Below, in pieces: positions 1 to 10,400 of a stretch of 55,184 bases of DNA. Each line of letters begins with the position of its first letter. Within the stretch, counting starts at the first letter, position 1. The position numbers and the translations under genes were made by a program. The stretch is from Phycisphaeraceae bacterium (GTDB lineage: Bacteria; Planctomycetota; Phycisphaerae; Phycisphaerales; Zrk34), in the NCBI GenBank assembly GCA_040905565.1, contig JBBDRF010000015.1:1-55184 (forward strand), read 5' to 3'. A model generated the notes under the pieces. That model was not told where the DNA came from. It did no database searches and saw only the letters and a program-made list of their open reading frames with translations.

Positions 1-54
1 TAAAAAAACCCGCCGCCTGATCATGACGCTGGAACACAAGTTTTGACAGTTGCT
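1..54 (+). mobile_element. Probable end of an insertion sequence (IS256/ISLre2-like terminal inverted repeat) inserted in the SSS gene
   Basis: A + strand frame ends ...KKPAA-TGA at 20, followed by ACACAAGTTTTGACAGTTGC (34-53), which resembles Mutator-type IS ends. SSS similarity on the - strand stops abruptly at about 55. Confidence 0.5.
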
Positions 55-1686
55 CGCGAGGCAGGCGATCATGGCGTTCATGCCGGTGAAAATGCTCTCG
101 AAGCGTCCGCCCTGTGTGGACCATAGCATCGCGAGAAGCATCACCACGCAGGCAGTGATGCGCCCCGTCCGCACAAGCGAAGCATCGCTGGTCTGTGGCC
201 GAAGCTTCTTAACGATGTCCAGACTCACCAGCGTGGCGGTACTGTTGAGCGCGCCGGCGATGGTGCTCATCAGTGCTGCGAGCAGGCCCGCTGCGATGAT
301 GCCCTTAAGGCCGACGGGGATGAGTTGATCGATCAGCACGGGCAACGCAGCGTTGTACTCATGGCCGATCTCCTCGCGGTATAGCACGTAAGCAAATACG
401 CCGGGCCAAACCATAATGAACACGGGCAGGATCTTAATGAAGCCTGCGAAGATCGGGCCCAGCTGGGCGTCGCGCTGCGTGCGGGCGCCGAGCACCCGCT
501 GCACGATGGTCTGGTCGGCACACCAGTACCAGATGCCCAGAATCGGATAGCCAAGCAGCACCGCGAACCACGATAAGCCGCCGCTGGGATGAAGCATGCT
601 GGTGCGACTGGATTTGCTTTCGCCCGAATCCGCAGCTGTTTGAAAACTGCTTGCTTCGGTCTGGTACTGTGCGACCACGGGCGTGAGCGCTGCTGCAGCG
701 TCCGCAAAGGCGAAGCCGTTTTCCAGATGCTGCACAAGTTCCACGCGTGCGCCGGCCGCCGCTTCACCGGATGGATCGTCGAGCGTGGCGATCTCCGCAA
801 GCACGTTTGCCTCAGATTCGAGTCCGGCATTTCCGAGTGTCGCCAGCACCCCGTTCAGCGTGGCCGTCGCCTTCAACCGATCGACTGCTTCGCGCAGGGT
901 ATCGGCGTCGCCGTTGGCATCGTCGGGGTTCGCTCCGGATTCAAGCACGGTCACAACCTCGCCGACGGCGGCGACCATCTCCTCGCGGTCGGCGCGTTCC
1001 TGCTGGTCGATCGCCTCTTTCAGCTGGGCGTAGGAGTTGATGCCGCGATCGGACAAAGCTGTCATGGCAAACACCGTCACCGCCACCGCCCCGAACAGCA
1101 GCAGGACCGTCTGGATCGACTCGGTGACCACGACTGCTTTGAGCCCGCCGACGACGGTGTAGATCGCCGTCACCGCAGAGATGATCAGGATCGAAGCCAT
1201 CACGTTGATGCCGAAGAAGCTTTCGAGAATTGCCGAGCCGGCGTACAGACTCATGCCGATGTGAATGAACAGCGCCCCGACCACCGCCATGAAAGCGAGC
1301 ACCGTGCGTGAACCGCCGCTGAAGCGTTTTTCGAGGTAGTCCGGCAGCGTGGAGATGCCGCTCTTGAAGTAAAACGGCGCGAACACCAGGCCCAGCAGCA
1401 CCAGGCAGAACGCCGCCAGCCATTCGAAGTTGCCGATCACCAGGCCCAGGCGATAGCCGTCCGCAGCGAGGCCGACCAGGTGCACCGTTGAGATGTTCGT
1501 CGCAAACAGCGCCAGCCCGATCACCGGCCATCGCAGCGATCGGCCGGCGAGGAAATATTCGGTGCTCGTCCTGCCCGACTTGCGGGCGGCAAAGATGCCG
1601 ACGCCCAGAATCGCGACCATGTAGGCGACAATGATCGCCAGATCGATCGCATTTCCGCCCCGCTCAGCCGTCGCCAGGATGTTCAT
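55..1686 (-). CDS. Sodium:solute symporter (SSS family), 3' part interrupted
   Basis: Absent from the ORF track because the frame has no stop before the window edge. My translation from ATG 1686 (AGGAG RBS) gives TEYFLAGRSLRWPVIGLALFATNIST, GNFEW, TLPDYLEKRF, GIWYWCADQTIVQRVLGA and AALMSTIAGALNS. After ...IACLA the frame no longer resembles SSS. Confidence 0.9.
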
Positions 1687-1738
1687 GCCCGACTCCTGAA
1701 TCGTAATCTCTCAGACCGTTGGCTGATGCGGTGCCGTG

Positions 1739-2830
1739 TCACGCTTCGCCCGAAGGCGAGGTTGAAGCCTCAGCCTGCAGTGGCGCGATGCCTTGGGCAG
1801 CGGCCGCTTCATTCAACAACTCCACAAGCTGCAGACCCAGCGGGATGCCCTCGCGTCGCCGCTTCTCAAGGCTGATCTCCTCAGGCTCGCCGGGATAAAG
1901 GACGCGGCCGCCCTCTTCCGCAGGCGTAAGCATGCGCCAGCGTTCGATCATCTCCGACACCCGTTGATGGAAGCGAGCAAGGGGCACGAAGCGGGTGATG
2001 TCGATCGCGCCGACGAGGCCGCCGAGTCTTCTATTTTCCGTGAGGTCGCCGTACATCTTCGGGATATCCGGGCCGTAGGGACTATCGCTGAGCATCGAAC
2101 ACAAGACGTCCACCATCAGCCCCAGGCCCGATCCTTTATACCCACCAAACGGATGGATTGCATTCACTTGCGTGGGATCGACCGTGCCTTGGCCGTCGTT
2201 GTCGATCGCCCACCCTTCGGGGATCGGCACGCCTTCGATCGCCGCGTTCTCGATGCTGTTCCAGGGCGTCACGCTGGTGGCCATGTCCAGGCAAAGCATC
2301 TGCGCGTCGCGTCCCGGTGCGGTGATGCAGATGGGATTGGTCCCGCAGAACGGCTGGCTGGCGCCGAACGGCACCACCATCGGATCCACATGCGTAAAGG
2401 CGAAGCCGATCATGCCTGCCTGTGCGATCGGCCTGGCGAAGTAAGAGAGCGTGCCGCAGTGGCTGGAATCGGCGACCGAAACCCAGGCCGCGCCGGTATC
2501 ACCTGCCATGGCGATCGCCCGCTGAGCCGCGTGCGACATCACCAGTTGGCCCAGGCCATGGTCGCCGTTGACCCGTGCCGCCGACGGGCCGAGCACCTCG
2601 CTGCGAATCCGTGGCTGCGGATTGATGCTCCCCCCCGCAATCCGCCTCAAATAGTGCGGCAGCCGGGCCACGCCATGCGAATCCCACCCCCGCAGATTGG
2701 CATCAATCAACGAATCCGCCACCACCATCGCATCGTCAGGTGCAAGCCTTGATGCAACAAGTAGAGCTACGCACAATTTTCTTAACGCAAGTCCAGACAC
2801 AATTTTATGGTTATATGTGGCTTGCGGCAT
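1739..2830 (-). CDS. Ldh_2 family (malate/L-lactate/ureidoglycolate, AllD-like) NAD(P)-dependent dehydrogenase
   Basis: Motifs RGWDSHGVARLPHY, SHCGTLSYF, DPMVVPFG, GTNPI, DMATS, GGYKGSGL and VLYPGE closely parallel E. coli AllD. Confidence 0.9.
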   Translation of the reverse strand: MPQATYNHKIVSGLALRKLCVALLVASRLAPDDAMVVADSLIDANLRGWDSHGVARLPHYLRRIAGGSINPQPRIRSEVLGPSAARVNGDHGLGQLVMSHAAQRAIAMAGDTGAAWVSVADSSHCGTLSYFARPIAQAGMIGFAFTHVDPMVVPFGASQPFCGTNPICITAPGRDAQMLCLDMATSVTPWNSIENAAIEGVPIPEGWAIDNDGQGTVDPTQVNAIHPFGGYKGSGLGLMVDVLCSMLSDSPYGPDIPKMYGDLTENRRLGGLVGAIDITRFVPLARFHQRVSEMIERWRMLTPAEEGGRVLYPGEPEEISLEKRRREGIPLGLQLVELLNEAAAAQGIAPLQAEASTSPSGEA

Positions 2831-2867
2831 GGCAACTCCCTTGAACGCAGTCGGACGATGAGTTGCT

Positions 2868-2883
2868 ATTTTATATATGATCT
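2868..2883. promoter_or_regulatory. Putative repressor operator, copy 1
   Basis: ATTTTATATATGATCT is 15/16 identical to 3040-3055 and overlaps the -10 box. Confidence 0.6.
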
Positions 2884-2896
2884 ATGGGTGCGTCAA
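2868..2896 (-). promoter_or_regulatory. Sigma70-type promoter for the dehydrogenase-SSS operon
   Basis: On the - strand, TTGACG (2896-2891), 17-bp spacer, TAAAAT (2873-2868). Confidence 0.6.
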
Positions 2897-3025
2897 GCGT
2901 AACGTCGAAATGCTGGGGGAGAGCGGAGGAGCCCGCAGCAACGTCCTCGCCTCAACATCTCATCAACAGCGGGGGCGCAAAGCACGGACGCGCTCAAAGA
3001 AATTATGGCGATCTTCAGATAGAGG

Positions 3026-3053
3026 TTGACTCGATCTAGATTTTATATATTAT
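3026..3053 (+). promoter_or_regulatory. Sigma70-type promoter facing the prepilin-like gene
   Basis: TTGACT (3026-3031), 16-bp spacer, TATTAT (3048-3053). Confidence 0.55.
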
Positions 3054-3055
3054 CT
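3040..3055. promoter_or_regulatory. Putative repressor operator, copy 2
   Basis: ATTTTATATATTATCT lies within the imperfect palindrome AGATTTTATATATTATCT and overlaps the -10 box. Confidence 0.6.
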
Positions 3056-3382
3056 TGGCAGGGTCGTGTTGTTCCTGATCCTCATGGATCGCTGACCGTC
3101 GATTTGTCGCGGCTGTCTGACTTCCATGAAAAAGCGCGAAGGCGCTTCAGTACGTACGTTCTCGCTCGATGGAGGCCGATCTTGCGGCAGCGGTTGTGAC
3201 GGGTTCTCGATCGCTGCCCTTAGATTTTCGGAGATCTGACTGTGCTCCCGAACGCAACAACCCGCTCAACACTCGCCGTCCGAGATACCGCAGGCCGTCG
3301 CCCGCGCCGGGACCTCCTGGCTTCCGGTCAACCACTTCAAATTCGTTCACCGCATCACACACCATCTATGAAGGGAACTCAC

Positions 3383-4162
3383 GTGTCGCACTCATACGCC
3401 ATCGATCCGGCCGCTGCTCCGCGTCAGAACGTACGAGCTTTTACCCTGATCGAACTGCTTGTCGTCGTCGGCATCATCGCGTTGCTCATGGCGATCCTGT
3501 TGCCGGCACTTGGGCGGGCTCGTGAGCAAGCCACGCGCGTCTCCTGCGCCTCAAATCTACGGCAGTTCGGCCAGGCCTACGGGTCGTATGCACACGACAA
3601 TAATAGCCAGTTCCCAGCTAATAAGTTCCTTGGGGGCCCTTGGGCGAACCCGCTTGATAATACTGAAGAACGCCACGTCCCTGAATACCGCGAGTTCCTA
3701 AATGAGTACCTGATGGTCCTGACTGAAGAGGTCTATCGAAAGGAAAGTAGTTCCGTGGTCGTTTGTCCGAACACGTGGTTTGATCCTGAAGCAGCGAATT
3801 ACTACTACAATTCCACCCTCCTTGGGTACTTCACTTTTCCCCACCGGGTCCTTACCTCCTGGCAAACCGTTCCCGAAACACAAGGCTGGATGACCAGGAG
3901 TCGTTTTGACGGCCCATACAGTCGGGCGCCGGTGGCATCGGACATTCAGCGTGTGCACGAGGACGGTTGGGTGTACGCCGCCAACGGGATGCAGGTGGCC
4001 AACCATGCGACCGACGCGGCGCGCTATTCCGGCGGTAACTTCCTGTTCGAAGATGCGAGCGTGCGCTGGTTCCATGACGACGAGATCTCAGTCGGCTCCG
4101 GCCGCGCCGGCGATCCCTGGCCCCCTCACTTCCTGATCGCCGTCCCCGGCATCGTCGACTGA
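3383..4162 (+). CDS. Prepilin-type N-terminal cleavage/methylation domain protein (DUF1559-like), paralog 1
   Basis: [39 protein letters not shown], a CP motif and C-terminal [15 protein letters not shown]. Start placed at GTG 3383 after AAGGGA; ATG 3368 is an alternative. Confidence 0.9.
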   Translation: MSHSYAIDPAAAPRQNVRAFTLIELLVVVGIIALLMAILLPALGRAREQATRVSCASNLRQFGQAYGSYAHDNNSQFPANKFLGGPWANPLDNTEERHVPEYREFLNEYLMVLTEEVYRKESSSVVVCPNTWFDPEAANYYYNSTLLGYFTFPHRVLTSWQTVPETQGWMTRSRFDGPYSRAPVASDIQRVHEDGWVYAANGMQVANHATDAARYSGGNFLFEDASVRWFHDDEISVGSGRAGDPWPPHFLIAVPGIVD

Positions 4163-4206
4163 AAATCGGCGACGGCCGCCCACCGATCCCATAACACAAA
4201 GGCAGG

Positions 4207-4389
4207 GTGATCAACTTGAAGTGCATTGCGATAAACAATCAGTGGATCCGAGCCACGATCGGGCTACTCATCGTCTTCAGTTTCGCCGTGATCTCAGGTT
4301 GCGACAATAGCAGCTCCGTCCCCAACGAGGTCGAGCCCCCCGACGCGTTGCGGCAACCGAACGCGGATGATTCGGAGCAGAGGCCCTAG
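4207..4389 (+). CDS. Small putative lipoprotein
   Basis: Hydrophobic stretch ending in lipobox-like ISGC, then a short acidic/Pro-rich tail. Such genes are typical downstream of DUF1559-type genes. Confidence 0.55.
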   Translation: MINLKCIAINNQWIRATIGLLIVFSFAVISGCDNSSSVPNEVEPPDALRQPNADDSEQRP

Positions 4390-4595
4390 AACTCGTCAAG
4401 CTGAAGGTCCTCCCAAATAAGGCACTGGTGGTTCGTCTCCCGAGCGTGCTTGGCAGGACGATCGCCCGTGTCGGGAACCGCCGTCATCGTGAAGGTGTCG
4501 TTCCTGTAGACATGGATTCCCTTCACTTGACACCCGGTGATAACTCCAAGTCCCGCAAGCAGCGATAGTACCTTGAATAGATTCATCCACTTCAT
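4386..4595 (-). CDS. Small putative lipoprotein
   Basis: Signal-like MKWMNLFKVLSLLAGLGVITGC with a lipobox. Confidence 0.4.
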   Translation of the reverse strand: MKWMNLFKVLSLLAGLGVITGCQVKGIHVYRNDTFTMTAVPDTGDRPAKHARETNHQCLIWEDLQLDEF

Positions 4596-4799
4596 GCGAT
4601 CAACTCAACTAGCTTTGGATGTCGTGTGTACGGTGACGCTGCCGGCATGGCCAAAAGCGATCGGCTGGGCGCGAACGCCGTGTCCCCCTAATGCGACAAC
4701 GGCAGCCGCTGTTTTCGAGCTTGATGCGTCACACACCGGCTCGAAACAACGACTGCCGTTGCCATTTCAACGATTCAAATTTCTCGGCGGCGAGCTAGA

Positions 4800-5546
4800 T
4801 CAGGAGCGGCGGCGACGCTTGAGCATCGACACAGCGCCCAGGCCGAGCAGTGCCATCGAGGTGGGCTCGGGGACCAGCGCCATGACCTCGCTGCCGGTGA
4901 GAACCTCATCATAGATGCGAAGGTCGTCGATCCAGCCGTTGAACGGCCGCTCCTGACCCGTCCAGTTGCCGACCCGCGCACTATCGAAGATGAGTGTCGG
5001 GCCACCTAACTCTATGCTATCGACCTCGGTTCCGTTGATGTACAACTTCGTCCCCTCACCGACGGACTGGTGGGTGATGGCCACATGAATCCAATCCGTT
5101 GGCGGGGCGGACACGCCCTCGTACGTCAGTGGGAAGCCAACGCTGGCCGAGAGCTCACCTGGTACATAATTGACGTGGATATATTCATTAGAACTAGGAG
5201 GCCAGGCATCATTTGTGAAAAGGGCGGCGATACCGTCGGGCTCGGGTTCTTGCGCGATTTTGGCCCACATCGCCAGTGTCCATTCGCCGAACGTGTCGGT
5301 CGACCCGCTGGGCAGTTGGACGTAGCCGCCCGCTGTCAGGTCGAGGGACCCGGTGCTGCCGGAGGCTCGGGAAATCTCGGTCGTATTGATGGACGCATTA
5401 TCGACGAGTGTGCCGTTGCGACCCATGGTGCCGCTGTCGCTTGCGTCCGAATCAAAGGTGTAATGATTGACCAAAGCGGCGTTGGCGTGCGACGCGGTGA
5501 CGCAAAGCGCCAGTGCGGCTGTCAGGGAAAGAGATTTGAGAAACAT
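4800..5546 (-). CDS. LamG-like jellyroll domain protein with PEP-CTERM sorting signal
   Basis: Signal peptide; WIHVAIT..KLYINGTEV..FNGWIDDLRIYDEVLT; C-terminal VPEPTSMALLGLGAVSMLKRRRRS. Confidence 0.92.
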   Translation of the reverse strand: MFLKSLSLTAALALCVTASHANAALVNHYTFDSDASDSGTMGRNGTLVDNASINTTEISRASGSTGSLDLTAGGYVQLPSGSTDTFGEWTLAMWAKIAQEPEPDGIAALFTNDAWPPSSNEYIHVNYVPGELSASVGFPLTYEGVSAPPTDWIHVAITHQSVGEGTKLYINGTEVDSIELGGPTLIFDSARVGNWTGQERPFNGWIDDLRIYDEVLTGSEVMALVPEPTSMALLGLGAVSMLKRRRRS

Positions 5547-6025
5547 GCGATGATCCTTGTCGTGCGAAGAGGGGAATAGAACGTGTTCAGCGAAGAATCC
5601 AGATGAGGCGGTCCCAAATCGATTTTCGAGGTCGCGTCGTTGATATCCTCCTATTTGACATTGACTTGAAAGTCTAAACCAGTCTCATGGCACGAACCTC
5701 GCCACGATAGTCGGCAGCAGCCCCAACGCAGGCCCTGCGTCCCCATCCCGCAACGCGACGAAACCACGGCAGTGCGAGGAGGAGCTTTGATTGGAGCACA
5801 TAGGTATATTATATCAAATATTGATCCGCGCCAAATATAACTTGAATTTTTTTGCGGTCGGGTAAACGGACCCGGCGGGACGATACGGCCCACGCCCTCT
5901 CTCTGGGGGGGGCTGGTCTTGGTGATTTGATTGGTTGAGTCAAGGAGTCAAGTGTTCTTGACCACGAGAGGGGGGTTGCCTTGCTACTTCTGTTGCGATT
6001 GGCTCGTTTTATATGGGGCGGCGTC

Positions 6026-7429
6026 TTAACTGAGGATGTTGTGCACCACATGGCCGTGTACGTCGGTGAGGCGATAGTCGCGGCCGGCGTAGCGGTAAGT
6101 CAATCGGGTGTGGTCAAGGCCCATGAGGTGCAGAATCGTCGCATGCAGGTCGTGCACATGCACACGATTTTCGACGGCGTGCCAGCCGTGGTCGTCGGTG
6201 GCGCCGTAGGTGAGCCCGCCTCGGACGCCGCCGCCGGCAAGGAACATCGTGAATCCGAACGGATGATGCTCGCGCCCATCTGAGGTCTCCGCCGTGGGTG
6301 TGCGGCCGAACTCGCCTCCCCAGATCACCAAGGTATCGTCGAGCAGACCGCGCTGCTTGAGGTCCTGGATCAGCGCCGCCACGGGCTTATCTGTCGCCTG
6401 GCAGTTGTTGCGAAGTTCTGATGTGAGATTGTCGTGCTGATCCCAAAGCTGACAGCTTGTGCGGTGCGTGGTCTGCGTGTGATAGACCTGCACGAATCGA
6501 ACCCCGCGCTCAACCAGCCGCCGGGCCATGAGGCACTGACGCCCGAAGTGCGCCGTTTCCGGCTCATCGATGCCGTAGTGCGATTGTGTGTGCTGCGATT
6601 CGCGGTCGACGTCGAAGGCTTCCGGGGCGGCTGACTGCATGCGGAAGCCGAGCTCGAACGATTCGATGCGCGCACTCAGGCGTGAATCATGCTCACGTTG
6701 TGTCCTGTACTGCTGGTCGAGTGCAGCCAATGCCTGAAGCTGTTGACGCTGCTCGCTCCGGTTGAAGGTGGGGTTGCGGACGTTCGCGATCGGGTTGTTC
6801 AGATCGCTTACCAGTGTGCCCTCATAGGCAGCGGGCATGAACGCGCTGCTCCATAGCGGTGCCCCCTGCGCCGGTTGCTGCGGGCTGATGACGACGTAGC
6901 CGGGCAGGTTTTGATTCGCTGTGCCAAGGCCGTAGAGCAGCCATGATCCAAGACTCGGTCGGCTGAACGCCTGCTCGCCGGTATTCATCTGCAGGCAGGC
7001 GCCGTTGTGGTTGATATTGTCAGCCACCATCGAGCGAATCACGCAAAGGTCGTCGGCACAGCGTGCGATGTTCGGCAGCAGTTCACTGACTTGCGTCCCG
7101 CTCTGGCCATGACGTTTGAACTTGAACGGCGAGCCCAGCAGGCCCTGCGTCTGCGTCCGCATCAGGCTTGGCTTCTCAAACGGCAGCGGCTTGCCGGCGT
7201 GTTCTTTCAAAAGCGGCTTGGGGTCGAACAGATCCATCTGCGAGGGGCCGCCCGACATGAAGAGGAAGATGACGTTGCGGACGCGCGGGATGTAGTGGGC
7301 CCCGCCGGTCGGTGCACTCGCTCCGCTCGCTTCGCGGCTGAGCATATCCGCCAGCGGAAGCATCGCGAATCCGCCGGCGAAGCGTTGGAGCATCTCTCGC
7401 CTGCTGGTTCCTCGTCCTGCTGATTGCAT
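6026..7429 (-). CDS. DUF1501 domain protein (Tat-type signal), copy 1
   Basis: SRREML, FLFMSGGPSQMDLFDPKP, ARRLVERGVRFVQ, WDQH, WGGEFGRTP, HDLHATILHLMGLDH. Confidence 0.92.
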   Translation of the reverse strand: MQSAGRGTSRREMLQRFAGGFAMLPLADMLSREASGASAPTGGAHYIPRVRNVIFLFMSGGPSQMDLFDPKPLLKEHAGKPLPFEKPSLMRTQTQGLLGSPFKFKRHGQSGTQVSELLPNIARCADDLCVIRSMVADNINHNGACLQMNTGEQAFSRPSLGSWLLYGLGTANQNLPGYVVISPQQPAQGAPLWSSAFMPAAYEGTLVSDLNNPIANVRNPTFNRSEQRQQLQALAALDQQYRTQREHDSRLSARIESFELGFRMQSAAPEAFDVDRESQHTQSHYGIDEPETAHFGRQCLMARRLVERGVRFVQVYHTQTTHRTSCQLWDQHDNLTSELRNNCQATDKPVAALIQDLKQRGLLDDTLVIWGGEFGRTPTAETSDGREHHPFGFTMFLAGGGVRGGLTYGATDDHGWHAVENRVHVHDLHATILHLMGLDHTRLTYRYAGRDYRLTDVHGHVVHNILS

Positions 7430-7450
7430 CTTTGGCCTCTGCTGTGAATT

Positions 7451-10400
7451 TCAGTCGATGTAGATGAACTCGTTGCCGCACAGGAGGACGTGGACGTAAA
7501 GCTGCCACGCCTCCTGGTCGCCGTCCGCCTGCTCGATCAGATCGCGGGCGATCCTGACTTCCGCTTCCATCGGTTCGCGTGCATAAAGCAGCCGATAAAG
7601 CCGTTCCATTCGCGCCTCCAGATCATCGGGCACTTCTTCGGAGACCCGTGCCGCCAGCGCGGCTGCGCGGTCCAGCACGAACGGGTGGTTCATCATGAAC
7701 ATCGCCTGGGGAGCGACGGTGGATTCTTGCCGCTGCGAAATGATCGCCCGCGGATCGGCAGCGTCGAAGAGCAGATCGTAGCCGCTGCGGTCTGAGCGGA
7801 CGGACATGAGGTAGAGCGTACGGCGCGGGGTAAGCAGATCGGTGATGGCAGGCCCGCCGCGGGTAAGATCAAGTTCCCCCGTTACCGCCAGCATCGCGTC
7901 GCGCAACGGCTCGGCCTCCAGGCGGCGGCGCGGCATGCGGCCCACCAGTTCATTTTCCGGATCGGCCGCGCGCGTGCTCGATTCCGCCCGTGTTGATTGT
8001 CGATACGTCGACGAAAGCATGATCCGCCGATGCATCGCCTTGATTGACCAGCCGCTCTCGACGAACGAGCGTGCCAGATTATCAAGCAGTTGCGGATGCG
8101 TCGGCTTGGCGCCGTGTGTGCCGAAGTCGTCGGGCGTCCGCACCAGTCCTTGTCCAAAATGATGCAGCCAAATCCGGTTGACCATGACCCGGGCCGTCAG
8201 AGGATGGTCCTCCCGCACGAGCCATTGCGCCAACGCAAGCCGACCGCTCGTGTCCTCAGCGATTTCCGGTTGATCTTCATCATCCGCCAGCACACGAGGG
8301 AAGCCGCGCGGCACCGGATCGCCCAGCCGATCGTAACGGCCGCGATAATGCACCCGCGCATCGGCGAAGCCCGCATGCTCCGAACCCGGGACCCCGCCCT
8401 CACGCGTGCCCTCAATCACCGGCACCGGGCGCTCCGCCAACCGCTGCGTCTGCGCCCGCTCGCTTCGCAGGTGTTCCAGTTCCTCGCGTGCCTCGTCATC
8501 GAGCAATTGTGTCACATTAAGCCCAAGCCACACCGGTCCGTCAGGAGCGGTCACCGTCGCGATCAACTTTGCGTCCGGCGTGGTTTCATCAGGCGCTGGC
8601 TCGTTCAGCAAATCCCGAAGTTGATCGCGCAGGTCGGCCCCGTTTTCCGCAGCGCCGTCTTGATGCACCGCGTCAATGTAGGCGGCCAGCACCGAGCCAG
8701 CGGGCACCACGGCGGGAATGCTTTCCCCACCAATCGTGTAGAAGTACCAACGGGGCGATTCGCCGTCGGCGAAATGCGGATTGCTCACGTCCACATCGTC
8801 CAGCACCTCCGCCAACGCCCAATGTTCCTCGTTCCCCGGCGATTCAAGGAGCATATTCACGATGGTGGTGTCGAAGCTGTGGTCGCCGTCCCGCGGGTCG
8901 ATCACGAGCGAAACAACGTCTCCCGGCTGAACATTGATGGCCGCTTTCGCCTCCGCCTCACCGCCACGTTCGGAAATCCCGGCCGCAACCTGCTGCCGCG
9001 CTCCGTTACGGGTGAGTTCAAGCGACCATGCGACCCCGTTGCCGCCGTTGGGGTCGCCGTCGTGGATCGTCGCCTGGACTATCAGTTCGGTGTTCTCGTC
9101 GCTACGCCAGCCGATGGCAACCGCGCGGTCCGGCGCGGGATGCACGGCCACGCTCCGCGCCGGCATCGTCCACGTCGCCGAACTCTGAGGAACCTCCAAC
9201 TGGTTGGCCATAAGCCACGGTGTCGCGCTCGCGCCCCAGCCGGCCAAGCCTTCCTGATCAGGTTCCAGTCGTTGCGTCAAGAGCCCGTCCTCGTGCGGTT
9301 GCGACCGACGATCACCCTTCGCGAAACGCACCAGCCGTTCGAGCAGCGCATCCTCGATGTTCGGCGTGCCGCCTTGATCCTGCACCGCTGCCAGATGCGT
9401 CAGCACCTCTCCCAGCCGCTTCGCGACCTGCTCGCGTCTGTGCCGGTTTTCCGCCGCCTCGATCTCGGCTCGTAGCCGCGCGAGTACCTCTCCCGCCTGC
9501 TCACGCCGCTGCAACTCCTCCGGTGAGAGCAGGGGAATGTTCACCATCGGCGTCCCCGCTGCCGGGTTGCCGGGCTCCGGCACGACGTGGCTTGAGAAGA
9601 AGAAACCCGCCATTGCGTAATAATCTTCAATGCCGATCGGGTCGAACACGTGGTCGTGACACCGTGCGCAGGATACGGTCAGTCCCATCACCGCCCGGCT
9701 GACGACGTCCACCTGATCGTCCACGATATCGGACATCATCTTCCGCTTGTCCGAATCTCCCTCATCCCACGCCCCGAGCGCCAGCATGGCCGTGGCGATC
9801 ACACGATCCGCGTCGTGTTCGCCCTCAACCAGATCGCCCGCCACCTGATCCACGATGAACTGGTTGTATGGATAATCTTCGTTGAATGCGTTGACGACCC
9901 AGTCGCGATATCGCCAGGCATTCGCGATATCGCCCCGGGTTCCGGTGCCGCGTGCGTCCTTTGAGTCGGCATAACGAACCACGTCCAGCCAATGCCGGCC
10001 CCAACGCTCGCCGTACTGCGGCGAAGCGAGCAGTTCATCCACCACCCGCGAAAAAGCACCGTCGGAGTCGTCGGCCACGAATGCTGCGACCTGCGCCGGC
10101 GTCGGCGGCAGACCGATCAAATCAAAGTACGCACGCCGAATCAGCGTACGCCGATCCGCCTCCTCCGCAGGTACCAGGTCACGCGCCTCCAACTTCGCCA
10201 GGATGAACGCATCGATCGGGTCGCGCCCCCAGTCGTCATGCTCCACCGCAGGCGGCTCCACCGCGCGTGGCGGCGAAAATGACCAGTGCTCACGCGCCTC
10301 CGCCACATCGAACGATGACCCCGCCCACCGGGGGTCTTCCTCAGTCGCCACCGCTTCCTCGCGCGGATCGACCGCGCCGCTGTTTATCCAGCGCACGAAG

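Noticed and set aside
3126..3240. Short leader ORF or degenerate prepilin remnant (MKKREGASVRTFSL...)
   Set aside because: The resemblance to the FTLIE motif is weak and needs a frameshift. It cannot be distinguished from chance.
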